Shown here one piece after another: positions 1 through 10,800 of a DNA stretch of 64,000 nucleotides. The position numbers and the translations under genes are program-made. Source of the stretch: Candidatus Saccharimonadales bacterium (GTDB taxonomy: Bacteria > Patescibacteriota > Saccharimonadia > Saccharimonadales > UBA4665); NCBI GenBank assembly GCA_035479475.1, contig DATIIP010000033.1, forward strand, positions 2,449 through 66,448, written 5' to 3'. The first letter of the stretch is position 1; each line of letters opens with the position of its first letter. The notes beneath the pieces were generated by a model. That model was not told the DNA's origin. It worked only from the letters and a program-made list of their open reading frames with translations, and searched no databases.

Positions 1-720
1 AAAAAAGCCGCCCGCTGCGCCCTCACCGATAACGCTGGCGAACTCATCACCGTACTCATTAGTTTGGCCGCTACAGCCATCTGGGGTATCCCGGCCGCCA
101 TCACTGCCATCCAGATTCTGGCGGTCGACATCGTGGCCGAAATGTTCCCTATCACCGCACTCGGCTGGGACCCAGCGGTGGGACGGCTGATGCGCGAACA
201 CCCGCGCAATCAGGCAGACCACCTCATCAACCGCAAAACCGTCTTCGAATTCGTGGGCTTTGGCCTGCTAGCGGCCTGCCTGAGCTACGCCAACTTCTTG
301 CTCTTTTTTGCCCGCAACCACCTGAGTCCACTGCACGTTGCCACTCACGCCGCGCCCTATTTGCAAGCCAGCATCCTCACCTACGTCACGCTGGTACTTT
401 GCCAGTTTATGAACCTGCTGCTGGTGCGCTCTCAAGGCCAGCCGCTGTTTAGTAGCTACCTGTGGAGCAACAAAAAATTGCTCAGCGCCTTTGCCATCTC
501 GCTGTTTTGTATTCTGAACATTGTCTATAACCCGCTGGTACAGCCTTATTTTGGCGCCCACAGCCTGAGCCCTGCCGATTGGCTCACCGCCATTGCTGCC
601 GCCACACTCTACACGCTGGCCCGACTCTTTCACCGCCACACCAAGGCTACCAGCCGGAAAGAACTACTTAAGAAGAGCGGCGCACACGGCCACTTAAAAC
701 ACGTCCTAGCCAATCACTAA
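1..720 (+). CDS. P-type cation-transporting ATPase, C-terminal transmembrane part (5' end lies outside the window; frame is open back to nt 1)
   Basis: Frame 1 is open from nt 1. 'ILAVDIVAEMFPITALGWDP' followed by several hydrophobic helices matches the conserved C-terminal TM region of type II P-type ATPases. Confidence 0.8.
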   Translation, partial: KKAARCALTDNAGELITVLISLAATAIWGIPAAITAIQILAVDIVAEMFPITALGWDPAVGRLMREHPRNQADHLINRKTVFEFVGFGLLAACLSYANFLLFFARNHLSPLHVATHAAPYLQASILTYVTLVLCQFMNLLLVRSQGQPLFSSYLWSNKKLLSAFAISLFCILNIVYNPLVQPYFGAHSLSPADWLTAIAAATLYTLARLFHRHTKATSRKELLKKSGAHGHLKHVLANH

Positions 721-2092
721 TGAGCCGCCTGCGCCTACCCTCTGCCGGTATCTGCGGCGCCTCCACAGTAGGCTGGTCGTCTTGCTGGATTACAGGTGGT
801 TCCTCGGGCGGCCGCTGTAGTTCCTGCAGTCGGGTCAACTCTGCCCGATTACTCTCGTACCGAGCCAAAAGGTCATCGTAAGCCGGCCCACGCAGCCGTC
901 GATCGGCGTACAGGTGCTGCATACTCGACAGCTGACCGGCCAGCGTACCTTCTAGGCTAGTAATTGCAAGCTCGCGCTCGTACTGTTCCCGCGCAGCCAA
1001 CTCGGCTTTGTAGTTCGTGCGTACGTCTTTGTCGATCATCCGGGCGATCTCACCCAGGTAGAGCTGCATGGTGGCGGTTTCTGACGCACTCGTGGCAGCG
1101 ACCGTAACTTGTATATCACCCCGGCCCAACTGCTGCAGCGTCAGCAAGAAATCGCGTGTCATCCGATCGGCATGCGGGTTGCTGGTCACAAAGAGCACCC
1201 GTGCGCCGGGCCGCACATCGCAGGTCGCCAGCCATTCTGCTGCCGTGCTCTTGGTATCCGGACGCGCATCTCCTTGGCGACGTTCAACTGCCGGCGCATT
1301 CATAATCTTAAACGCCCTGCCGTCGGGCGTGGTGTATTCATAACTCGTTACCAGTCGGGATGGCACACCCGGGAACACAGGCTGCAAAGTGTCATGAGGA
1401 TTCTGTAGATCGGTGAGTTGCAGGTTGATCCGGCGCGGCTGGAGTGCACCGGCGACCCGCTTGCCCAATGCAATGCGTGCTTGTTCTGTCTCAGTCAAAC
1501 CCCATTGGTTGTCTTCGCCCCACCTGCCGTCTTTCTGTGATTTCTGTACCCATGAGTCAGCCGTAATGTCGAAGCCAGCAAGGCGCCCCCCTGTCGAAAG
1601 CAGCTCCTCGTCTGTACCATCACGCTCCTCGCGCGGCCGTTGGCCGACAGCGATGTTCACTTCACCAATCTGCACACCATGCTCTCGCACAGCCGTTTCC
1701 TCGGTGCCAATCCTGCGGTACAGCGCTGTTGTGGTGCCACCGGCAACAAAGGCGTGGTCGAAAACCGCGCCATCCGGCGGCAGCTTTTCGTCTACCAAAC
1801 CAAATTGTCGAAAGTATGGCAAGGCGGCGGCAAATTCTTCGGGGGTAAATTTGTCTTTCTTCGCACGGTCGCCATGCTCCACACCAATCAGCCCCTGGCG
1901 CAGGTACTGCAAGAACGCTGGATCAGTTGGATCGTCCGACCACCTATCAGCCCGGCCCATGGCGGTAAACATATCGCGCAAGGCAGTGTGATTGGGGGCG
2001 TAGAAATCGCCGGTTTCAATAAAACGCTCAGTGTTCGCAACGGCTACAGCCGTTTTCCAGTCGTCCCAACTGCAATTAACCTGCTCACTCAT
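668..2092 (-). CDS. Hypothetical protein; possible DUF218/YdcF-like core with a coiled-coil and Pro-rich C-terminus
   Basis: 474-aa ORF. 'VAGGTTT' and 'VLFVTSNPHADRM' resemble the GG and VTSxxHxxR motifs of DUF218 (weak, from memory). The 3' end overlaps the ATPase 3' end by 53 nt. Confidence 0.55.
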   Translation of the reverse strand: MSEQVNCSWDDWKTAVAVANTERFIETGDFYAPNHTALRDMFTAMGRADRWSDDPTDPAFLQYLRQGLIGVEHGDRAKKDKFTPEEFAAALPYFRQFGLVDEKLPPDGAVFDHAFVAGGTTTALYRRIGTEETAVREHGVQIGEVNIAVGQRPREERDGTDEELLSTGGRLAGFDITADSWVQKSQKDGRWGEDNQWGLTETEQARIALGKRVAGALQPRRINLQLTDLQNPHDTLQPVFPGVPSRLVTSYEYTTPDGRAFKIMNAPAVERRQGDARPDTKSTAAEWLATCDVRPGARVLFVTSNPHADRMTRDFLLTLQQLGRGDIQVTVAATSASETATMQLYLGEIARMIDKDVRTNYKAELAAREQYERELAITSLEGTLAGQLSSMQHLYADRRLRGPAYDDLLARYESNRAELTRLQELQRPPEEPPVIQQDDQPTVEAPQIPAEGRRRRLISDWLGRVLSGRVRRSS

Positions 2093-2224
2093 AAATCAAA
2101 ACTTCTCCGCGGTATATCAATCAATACTAAGCATCATATTATACAACTTTTTCCTCCCTGATACAATCACAAGGCCTCCTGCTGCACTTCGGTAAATGGC
2201 CGGAGTGCGGTACAATACCCACCA

Positions 2225-2791
2225 ATGAGTGGACAAAACGTGAAAGTAATCTGCCTGCTAGGCATGCCCGGCGCCGGTAAAAGCTCCTGTGTGACGCATT
2301 TGGAGCAAAAGGGCTGGCCATCGGTCTACTTCGGCGGCATTACCATCGACGAGGTCAAAGCCCGCGGCCTGGAAGTAAACGAAGCCAACGAGAAGTTAGT
2401 ACGCGAAGATATCCGCGCCAAAGAAGGCATCGGCGCCTATGCAGTGCGCATCGTTGCCAAAATTGATGCATTGGTAGCCGAAGGTCAGCAGGTTGTAATT
2501 GCCGACGGCCTGTACGGCTGGACCGAATACAAGACCTTCAAGGAAAAATACGGTGACAATGCGGTGATGATTGCCATCGTTGCCCCGCGGCACTTGCGCC
2601 ACGAGCGTTTAGCGCGCCGTCCAGTGCGGCCCCTTAGCGAGGCCGACGCCACTGCCCGCGATTACGCCGAAATCGAAAAGCTGGAAAAGGGCGGTCCGAT
2701 TGCCAACGCCGACTACACTATCGTCAACGATGGCACAGTTGAGACCATGCTAACCAAGCTCGATGGTATCTTGGGCGAGTTCTTAGCCTAA
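2225..2791 (+). CDS. P-loop nucleotide/nucleoside kinase-like protein
   Basis: Walker A 'GMPGAGKS' at the N-terminus; 188 aa, small kinase-fold size; family not resolved. Confidence 0.7.
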   Translation: MSGQNVKVICLLGMPGAGKSSCVTHLEQKGWPSVYFGGITIDEVKARGLEVNEANEKLVREDIRAKEGIGAYAVRIVAKIDALVAEGQQVVIADGLYGWTEYKTFKEKYGDNAVMIAIVAPRHLRHERLARRPVRPLSEADATARDYAEIEKLEKGGPIANADYTIVNDGTVETMLTKLDGILGEFLA

Positions 2792-2798
2792 TAGAGCG

Positions 2799-3949
<1,151 letters not shown>

Positions 3950-3950
<1 letters not shown>

Positions 3951-5707
3951 TAGTGTTCTCCTCTTAGATTATCGCGTAATAGTTTGTCGAGTTCGGCCGA
4001 GCGCTTGAGTAGCGCATAAGCTTCTTCGGGATTGGCGGTTTGTTGTAGTGCAGATAGTCGACTTTTCTCCGTATCTACATATTTTTTGATAATTTTGAAT
4101 TGTAATTCAGCGGCTGCGTAGCCAAGCTCTGTAAGATCGTTGTCTTGATAGAGCGTCTCGTAGACTAATGACAATATTTTAGCATAGTCTGCAAACTTTT
4201 GCAGCATCTCTTTATCGCCGCCGTCGTAGTCTGGGTGGGCTTGCAAAAAGCTGAATACTTTTTCGGCTTGGTCGTTCACAAACATGTCGGTGTTTAGCGA
4301 ATATAAATACTGCCTGAGCTTGGGCTGGAGCAATGCGATAGCCATCAGATGCTCCTCATTACGACCCCGTTCAAACAGATCACGATCCATGGTTTGAGCT
4401 TGCTGCTGCACGCTGCGGCGACGCACTGGCTGGGTCTCGTCCTCTACGCCAGATAGTTTTGTACTCAAGGCCGCTTTATTCACGCTCAGCAGTTCAGCCA
4501 GTTTGCCAATGTAGTGGTCTTGCTCCACGCTATCGGGCAGTTGGCGCACCACGCGCAGCACCACGTCGCTCAGTTCTTTTTTGCCCTGGGCAGTTCCTAG
4601 ATCTAGCTGCTGCACGTAGCGGTCAATCAGCCAATCCACCGCATATTGGGGTTTGGTAATGATATCTTGCCAAATTCTGACATCCTGCTTGATGAGCTCA
4701 TCGGGGTCTTTGCCGCTGGGGATGGTAATGACGCTCAGTTGCACACCCACCTTGGCCGCCAGCGGAATAGCCCGCTCGGTGGCAGCGATGCCGGCGCGGT
4801 CGGCGTCAAAGCTCAGGCGGATGTCGCCGGTGAGCCTGGACATGGCTTTGAGGTGCGGCTCGGTCAGCGCCGTCCCGGCGGTAGCCACCACCTGGCGTAC
4901 ACCGGCTTGGTGACTCTGAATCACATCCAGCTGGCCTTCCGTGAGCACCACAAACTTGCTTTTGCGAATGGCGTCTTTGGCCAAATGCAGACCAAACACA
5001 TGGCGGCTTTTATCGTAGAGCGGCGTGGCTGGTGTGTTGACGTATTTGGGTGCATCCGGGTTGTCTTCCAGCAGCCGTGCCGTAAAGCCCACCACCCGGC
5101 CGCTGGCATCGCACAGCGGCACCATCAGCCGTCCACGGAACATATCACCGCCCCGCTGGCCGCTTAGGCCTGCCAGCTTAATTTCCTGCGTCGTAAAACC
5201 CTTGTTCTGCAAAAACTGTACCAGTGCGCCACCGGTGTTCGGGCTGTAGCCCAGCCGCCATTCCAGCGCCGTAGCCTTGCTAAACGCCCGTTTTTTGAGC
5301 GCGTACTCCAGCGCCGTTTTGTTCTTGCTAAATTGCGTTTGATAAAAATGCGTGGCCAGCTCCAGCGCCTCATACAGGCGCTCTTTGCTTTTGCCGCTCG
5401 GTCCGCGTGCAGCTCCGGGCTGTTTGTACTGGTCCAGATCAATCCCGGCCCGCCGCGCTAGCAGCTCTAACGCAGCGCGAAAATCCAGGCCTTCCACTTC
5501 CATTACAAAGCTGAACATGTCACCACCGCGGCCCGAAGAAAAATCGTGCCAAATCTGCTTATCCGGGCTCACCACAAAGCTCGGCGTCCGCTCCGGGTTG
5601 AACGGGCTCAGCCCCTTCCAGCTGCGCCCCGCCCGTTTGAGCTGCACGTACTCGCCGATCACATCTTCGATGCTCAGGCGGTTTTTGATCTCTTCTTTGG
5701 GGTCCAT
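3950..5707 (-). CDS. dnaG: DNA primase DnaG (zinc-binding domain lacks the Cys/His ligands)
   Basis: '[31 protein letters not shown]' aligns to the CHC2 zinc-finger region. TOPRIM '[10 protein letters not shown]' and '[12 protein letters not shown]' are present. Lies directly upstream of rpoD. Confidence 0.93.
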
Positions 5708-5770
5708 CTCTGTTACCTATTGTACGGCCTTCATCTCTACCCCCCAAATCTGCTACTATTAACCATAAGC

Positions 5771-6592
5771 ATGCAGCCCAACCAACCGCAACCAATTCCG
5801 CCCCTCGGGCCCAATTCACAACCTCCCGTTCCAGGGCAGGAATACACCACCGACCCCCTGGCCGTTTTGGCCGAGGAACACGGGCCGCTCTTGCCCGGTC
5901 CCGGCCAGCGTCATTTTCGGCATGATGTAAAGCAGCACGAGAACGGCCAATACGAGGTTGTCCCCCCTATCAGCAATACCGGCAGCGCCAGTGGCCACAA
6001 CCCCTATGAGTTCATCATCAACCCAGACACCACTAAACGCCGTTCCGGGCCACTCTTGGGCAAGTTGTCGTTTACCAAACAAATCGGATTGTTAGTGGGC
6101 GGCGTGGCAGTTCTGCTGATTGTGGCGGCCGTCGTCATTTCGGCGCTGGGGCCCAAGAGCAGCTTGCCAGGGCTGATCAGCCTGGCTCAGCGCCAGCAGG
6201 AGATTATTCGCATTGCCACCATTAGCGCCGACAAAACCAGCAGCTCCACCACCAAGAACTTTGTGATCAATACCGAGCTGGCCATGCTCAGCAGCCAAAC
6301 GCAGATCCTTACCTATCTAGGCGATCACGGGACCAAATTGGGCACCAAAGTGTTGGCGCTAGACCAAGACCCCAAAACCGACCTGCTACTCACCAACGCC
6401 GCTGCTGCCAATAACTACGACTCGGCAGTCACCCAAGCCCTCACCTCGCAGCTCAACACCTACCTTTCGCTCCTGCAAACCACTTTTAAACAAGCCGCTA
6501 GCCCCACTACCAAAAAGCTCCTGCAGAACGATTTTAGCGCTGCGCACGATTTGCTCGACCAGGCCAAGAGCTTGTCGCCTGCCAGCAGCTAG
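5771..6592 (+). CDS. Hypothetical membrane-anchored protein (Pro/Gln-rich N-terminus, one TM, helical C-domain)
   Basis: First ATG that does not overlap dnaG. TM 'IGLLVGGVAVLLIVAAVVISAL'. No recognisable family. Confidence 0.6.
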   Translation: MQPNQPQPIPPLGPNSQPPVPGQEYTTDPLAVLAEEHGPLLPGPGQRHFRHDVKQHENGQYEVVPPISNTGSASGHNPYEFIINPDTTKRRSGPLLGKLSFTKQIGLLVGGVAVLLIVAAVVISALGPKSSLPGLISLAQRQQEIIRIATISADKTSSSTTKNFVINTELAMLSSQTQILTYLGDHGTKLGTKVLALDQDPKTDLLLTNAAAANNYDSAVTQALTSQLNTYLSLLQTTFKQAASPTTKKLLQNDFSAAHDLLDQAKSLSPASS

Positions 6593-6636
6593 TTACACCG
6601 CATCGCTCCTGTATTTAATGTAGCAGGCCTGATGCA

Positions 6637-6960
6637 CTAGCCAGCCACAACCAGATCGTAACTGTGGCGGATCAGCGTCTGCACCTCGTCCCATGGTAGC
6701 TCGCCGCTCAGCACCAGCGTGTTCCAGTGCTTTTTGTTCAGGTGGTAGCCCGGCATAACTGTCACGTACTTTTCGCGCAGCACATTGCTCAGCTGCGGGT
6801 CGCATTTTAGGCTGAGATTGATTGGCTCTTTCTTTTCAGAGATAAGCGCGAACATTTTGTCGCCCACCTTGTACACCGCCACGTCTTCGCCAAAGGGGTA
6901 ATCGAGGCGGGTGTTCGGCATGCTCAGCAGATATTCTTCTACCGTTTTGTGATCCATCAT
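6637..6960 (-). CDS. MmcQ/YjbR family DNA-binding protein
   Basis: 'DYPFGEDVAVYKVGDKMFALI...LKCDP...PGYHLNKKHWNTL' is typical of the YjbR fold family. Start moved to the internal ATG ATG (MMDHK). Confidence 0.75.
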   Translation of the reverse strand: MMDHKTVEEYLLSMPNTRLDYPFGEDVAVYKVGDKMFALISEKKEPINLSLKCDPQLSNVLREKYVTVMPGYHLNKKHWNTLVLSGELPWDEVQTLIRHSYDLVVAG

Positions 6961-7004
6961 AGATTTGATTGTACCAGATGGTGAACAGAGGTGGAAGCTA
7001 GGGC

Positions 7005-7271
7005 TTAACTCGGCAGCCGCCATTGACCGAGTTTCAGCGTCTGCCAAAATCGTCGCTTTGCTGACGTATTAATCCCCTGACGCTTCTGCCAACGTTTGTA
7101 CGCTCTGTCTAGAGCTTTTGCCATAACATGCACGTTGCGCCAGGTGTCAGCGATGTTGTAGGGCGCTTCGTACCGCCTGTCGTATTGGATGCCACGCAAC
7201 CGATGACCCGCGTGAAATAGATAGGTCTTCTCATAAGAATCACCTAGGAATCGAGCCACAGTGGGCTTCAT
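7005..7271 (-). CDS. Hypothetical ORF downstream of the RHS/immunity pair. The frame is open 5' to about nt 7340 without an ATG; possible orphan or remnant module.
   Basis: ORF only; low GC by eye. The upstream in-frame stretch 'ECKLITLPGKFFIEYADGKFLSDE' has no start codon. Confidence 0.3.
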   Translation of the reverse strand: MKPTVARFLGDSYEKTYLFHAGHRLRGIQYDRRYEAPYNIADTWRNVHVMAKALDRAYKRWQKRQGINTSAKRRFWQTLKLGQWRLPS

Positions 7272-7354
7272 TTCATCTGATAGAAATTTGCCGTCGGCAT
7301 ACTCTATAAAGAACTTACCGGGCAGTGTTATAAGCTTACATTCAAATCACGTCT

Positions 7355-7837
7355 CTAGCGTGTCGTAAAGACTATAATGACATTGACTATGGAGGCTACA
7401 ACTGTAAATGCGGAAAACATTCTGTAAAATACATGGTTCGTGTCTTCTCGATTGTCCTTGTAATAGGTTAATGCTATCGTTGATACACCAAAAACCACAG
7501 CCGGGAGCGAGAACCAGTAGACAAAGATGGAGAGCGTGGCAAATACCACCCCAAAAAGTGCAAAGTCGTTGAGACGTGTGCGTGCAGGCTCCTTTAATTC
7601 ATAGCGCTTATTCACTTTTCTTATCAAAAGCAAGAGACCAATCGAACAGCCAATTAGCAGAATTGCAATGCCGCCCAATAGAGCATCACTCAAAGGTATA
7701 AGCCCAGAGGAGTGTGTCCTATCTGCGTAGATTCCGTAATCGGTAATTCTTTTCAGGGCATACGTGAGTAGACTTAGGCCTATAATGCTCGCTGCCAATG
7801 CTAACCATGCAATTTTCTTAGCTTTTAGTCCTTCCAC
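7355..7837 (-). CDS. Small four-TM membrane protein; candidate immunity protein for the upstream RHS C-terminal module
   Basis: GTG start with AAGGAGG 6 nt upstream, 39 nt after the RHS stop. Four hydrophobic helices. Markedly AT-rich compared with the neighbourhood. Confidence 0.6.
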   Translation of the reverse strand: MEGLKAKKIAWLALAASIIGLSLLTYALKRITDYGIYADRTHSSGLIPLSDALLGGIAILLIGCSIGLLLLIRKVNKRYELKEPARTRLNDFALFGVVFATLSIFVYWFSLPAVVFGVSTIALTYYKDNREDTNHVFYRMFSAFTVVASIVNVIIVFTTR

Positions 7838-7876
7838 CGTATTCCTCCTTACATTCTCTTGGGGGGCCTTCTTATC

Positions 7877-10800
7877 TCACGGGTTACACTGCGCTGCAAC
7901 GGTTGACCAGTAGCCTACGTCCGGTCGGCTGCTATCCAGGTTCCAGCTCTCTTTGTTCGGTGCACGAAGTCTAACAAATTCCCAGTGACAGAAAAACTGA
8001 TCCTGCAGGTTTTTACGGTTGGCGGTTGGCGCTAGCGACTTAACTTGATTCCACGCTTCCAAACCATTTCTGGCATCTGTAACTCTACCCAATTTAGTCG
8101 GATATACCCTCAGTGTATCACCTCTTTTTATGACCTTATCAATATATCTGGGTGGCCGTGGTGTTGTATGCTTGCCAGTAAAGAAATGGACGTTCTTAAA
8201 GAGGTTCTTCCAGCTTATACTGTTTTGCCCACTCAAATCATTATCATTCACTGGATCCTGGGGATATACATAGTCATTGGTATTGCCGCCTTCTACTGGG
8301 TCTATCTGGGCGAATAATCCAAGATGAGAGCTGTACAAGCGACTACCCATTTGGATATAGCCGTGGTCTACGGTATTGCTAAAGGTAAACATTTCGCTGG
8401 AGCCCTTGTAGCCGAAGAAGTCACCGTCGGCATTGGAGGGGTTGGGTGTGGTTATGATGTTGCCGAATGGATCGTACTCATATGTCCAGGCACCGGCACT
8501 GCCGTCCCCATTTGCAACGGCAAAGATATCTCCGTTCATATCAGGCAGCGAGTAAACGTTACTAAAGCTGCTCGGGTTACTAATCTGACTGCCCTGTATG
8601 GTTAAAATGACATTTCCTGGCAATTGAACATATCGTGCGGTTAAGCTAGAGCCCGAGAAATAGGAAGCTATTGGTGTACTAGTAGAGTCCGCATACACAC
8701 GATAGGCAGACGCGTTGCTGCTGTAAGTCTGACGATTTATGGCATCAAACGTCTGCTTAGTACTGAATTCGCTCATGTAGACCGCGCGATCTGACGAATC
8801 GTATTCGATACCAGTTTGCGAGCTGCTGCCTTTGGAAAGGTTCCCGTGCGCATCATAGGTCTCGGTGGTGTAGTCGCTGTCGTTGGACTTGATGAGCCGA
8901 TCTGCATAGTCGTAGCAGTATGTGGTACTCGTGATGCCGTTGATGGACTGTGAAGTGCGGTCGCCGTCTTTGCCAGCATTGGTGTTGTATGTTCCTGTGC
9001 AGCCTGTCGGGGTGCCATAGTTGTATCCAAAGGTCGTCGCACCAAGCCTAGCCGAGGTCAGCCTACTGGCCTTGTCGTATGTATAGGTTTTAGCCATAGC
9101 ATTTTCTGTGCCTGATACGACTTGCCCGGACTGGCTGAGCGTCACCGCATCGGCAATAGTTGTGCCAGGAGCGCTTGTGCCTCTAGTATAGGTAACACCA
9201 CTCTGGCTACCTAAGGTGTCATACGACACAGTCAGCTTCAGCACACCAGCGGCATTGTATGCAACCGCACTAAGTCTACCGTAGGCGTCATAGGTGGGCG
9301 TGGCAATGGTAATTCCTGCCAGTTTTTGCGTCGCCAGTCGGTTGTAATTATCGTATGTATAGCTTTCTGTACCGACGCCCGATTTAGTAATTAGTCTGCC
9401 AAGATTATCATAGACATAGGTAGTGCCATACAAATTATGGGTTGTACCGATGATCTGTTCATCGGTGTAAGCCGTTAGTCGCCCTAGCAGGTCATTGGTG
9501 CTTGTTAGCGTACCGCTGCCGTCAGCTACTGTGTTCACTAGCGGGTTACCGAGGTAAGCATAGTTGGAGGTTATAGTTCGTGCAGAGCGTGTAACGTGAG
9601 TGGTATTTGCAAGCGCCGGATATGTTTGCTGCGTGACTCTGCCCCGGCTATCGTAGGTCGTACATTTCCAGGGGTCGGTATTGATGCGAGCTGCAACTAT
9701 GCGGCCGGCGTTATCATAGACATTCTCTGTTGTAACTGGAGTCTGCGAACCTGCACCATCGGGGTCAGGGCCGGTTGTAATCTTGAGCATGCCGGCCTGC
9801 GAGAACGTCTGGCTAACATTGCACGGGTTTTGTCGGGTTTCGGTGGCGCCGTAATAGCTGTAGTTTGTAGTTACCCCGCCTGGAAGTGCCTTAGAGAGTT
9901 GTCTGAGGAAGCTACCGGTCGCCCCTTGCGTTTCATAGGTGTAGCTCGTGGTTAGTGCCAGGCCAGACGGATCAACCGTATCGGATTGCACTAAACCTAG
10001 TTCTGGGTGAGTACCATAATTGTGCGTCGTTACTTGGTTGCCCACGCTGGCGCTGGAATCGTACGTGGTGTCGGTGGTATCCAGACCGTACAGCGGCGTC
10101 AGCAAACTGCCCAGCGAACTGGTTTCGCTGCCGCCGGGAGGCGTCATGTAGAGCTCCAGGCGGGCGTTGGTGTCGCCCAGCTTGTTGTAGTAATCTAGGC
10201 GCACACGATGCCAGTTTTGGGTGTCGTCGCCTGCGTTGTAGGTAGCAGCAAACGTACCGGTGGGGTGCGAACGCTGCGCGCCGTCGGTCCAATCGTTGAC
10301 GATCAGGTTGTCATCGATCCACAGCCGTACGCCATCGTTGGAGAACACACGGAAGTTGTACGTACCAGTGGTGGTTAAGTGAATATCGCCGGTCAGGCTG
10401 GCGCCCCAGCCGTCGCCGCTGTCGGGCGTGAACGGCGGCGTGCCGTTCCAGGTTTGCAGAACATCGCCGTTACTCGGACCGATGCCGGTAGCATGACTCT
10501 TAGGCGCGCCGAACAACACAGCGGTGCTGCCGCCGGTGCCGTTGGTGGCGCTGACTTCGTTGTAATAGGCGGTGGCCAGGCCGTTAATGCCTTGATCGTA
10601 CCCAGTCTGGTCGTGCGGTACCTGCGGCGTGTAGTCGGTGGGCGTAGTGAGCGGTTTGCGGTCGGTGCCAAACCAAGTGGATGGAGCCGGGCCGTAGGTG
10701 TCGGTCAGGCGGCTGGCGTAATCGTAGAGGTACGTGGTTTCCAAGCCAGTCGGCTCGGTGCTTGAAAGTGTTAGGTCTTTTTTGGCATCCCACACCGTGG

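Noticed and set aside
668-720. 53-nt convergent overlap of the ATPase and the 474-aa ORF as a regulatory feature
   Set aside because: Both tails are poorly conserved, basic extensions. The overlap may simply reflect late stop codons, and nothing further supports a function.
5546-5770. 5' extension of the 5546-6592 ORF
   Set aside because: The extension overlaps the dnaG N-terminal coding region on the opposite strand. The internal ATG at 5771 begins right after the divergent intergenic region.
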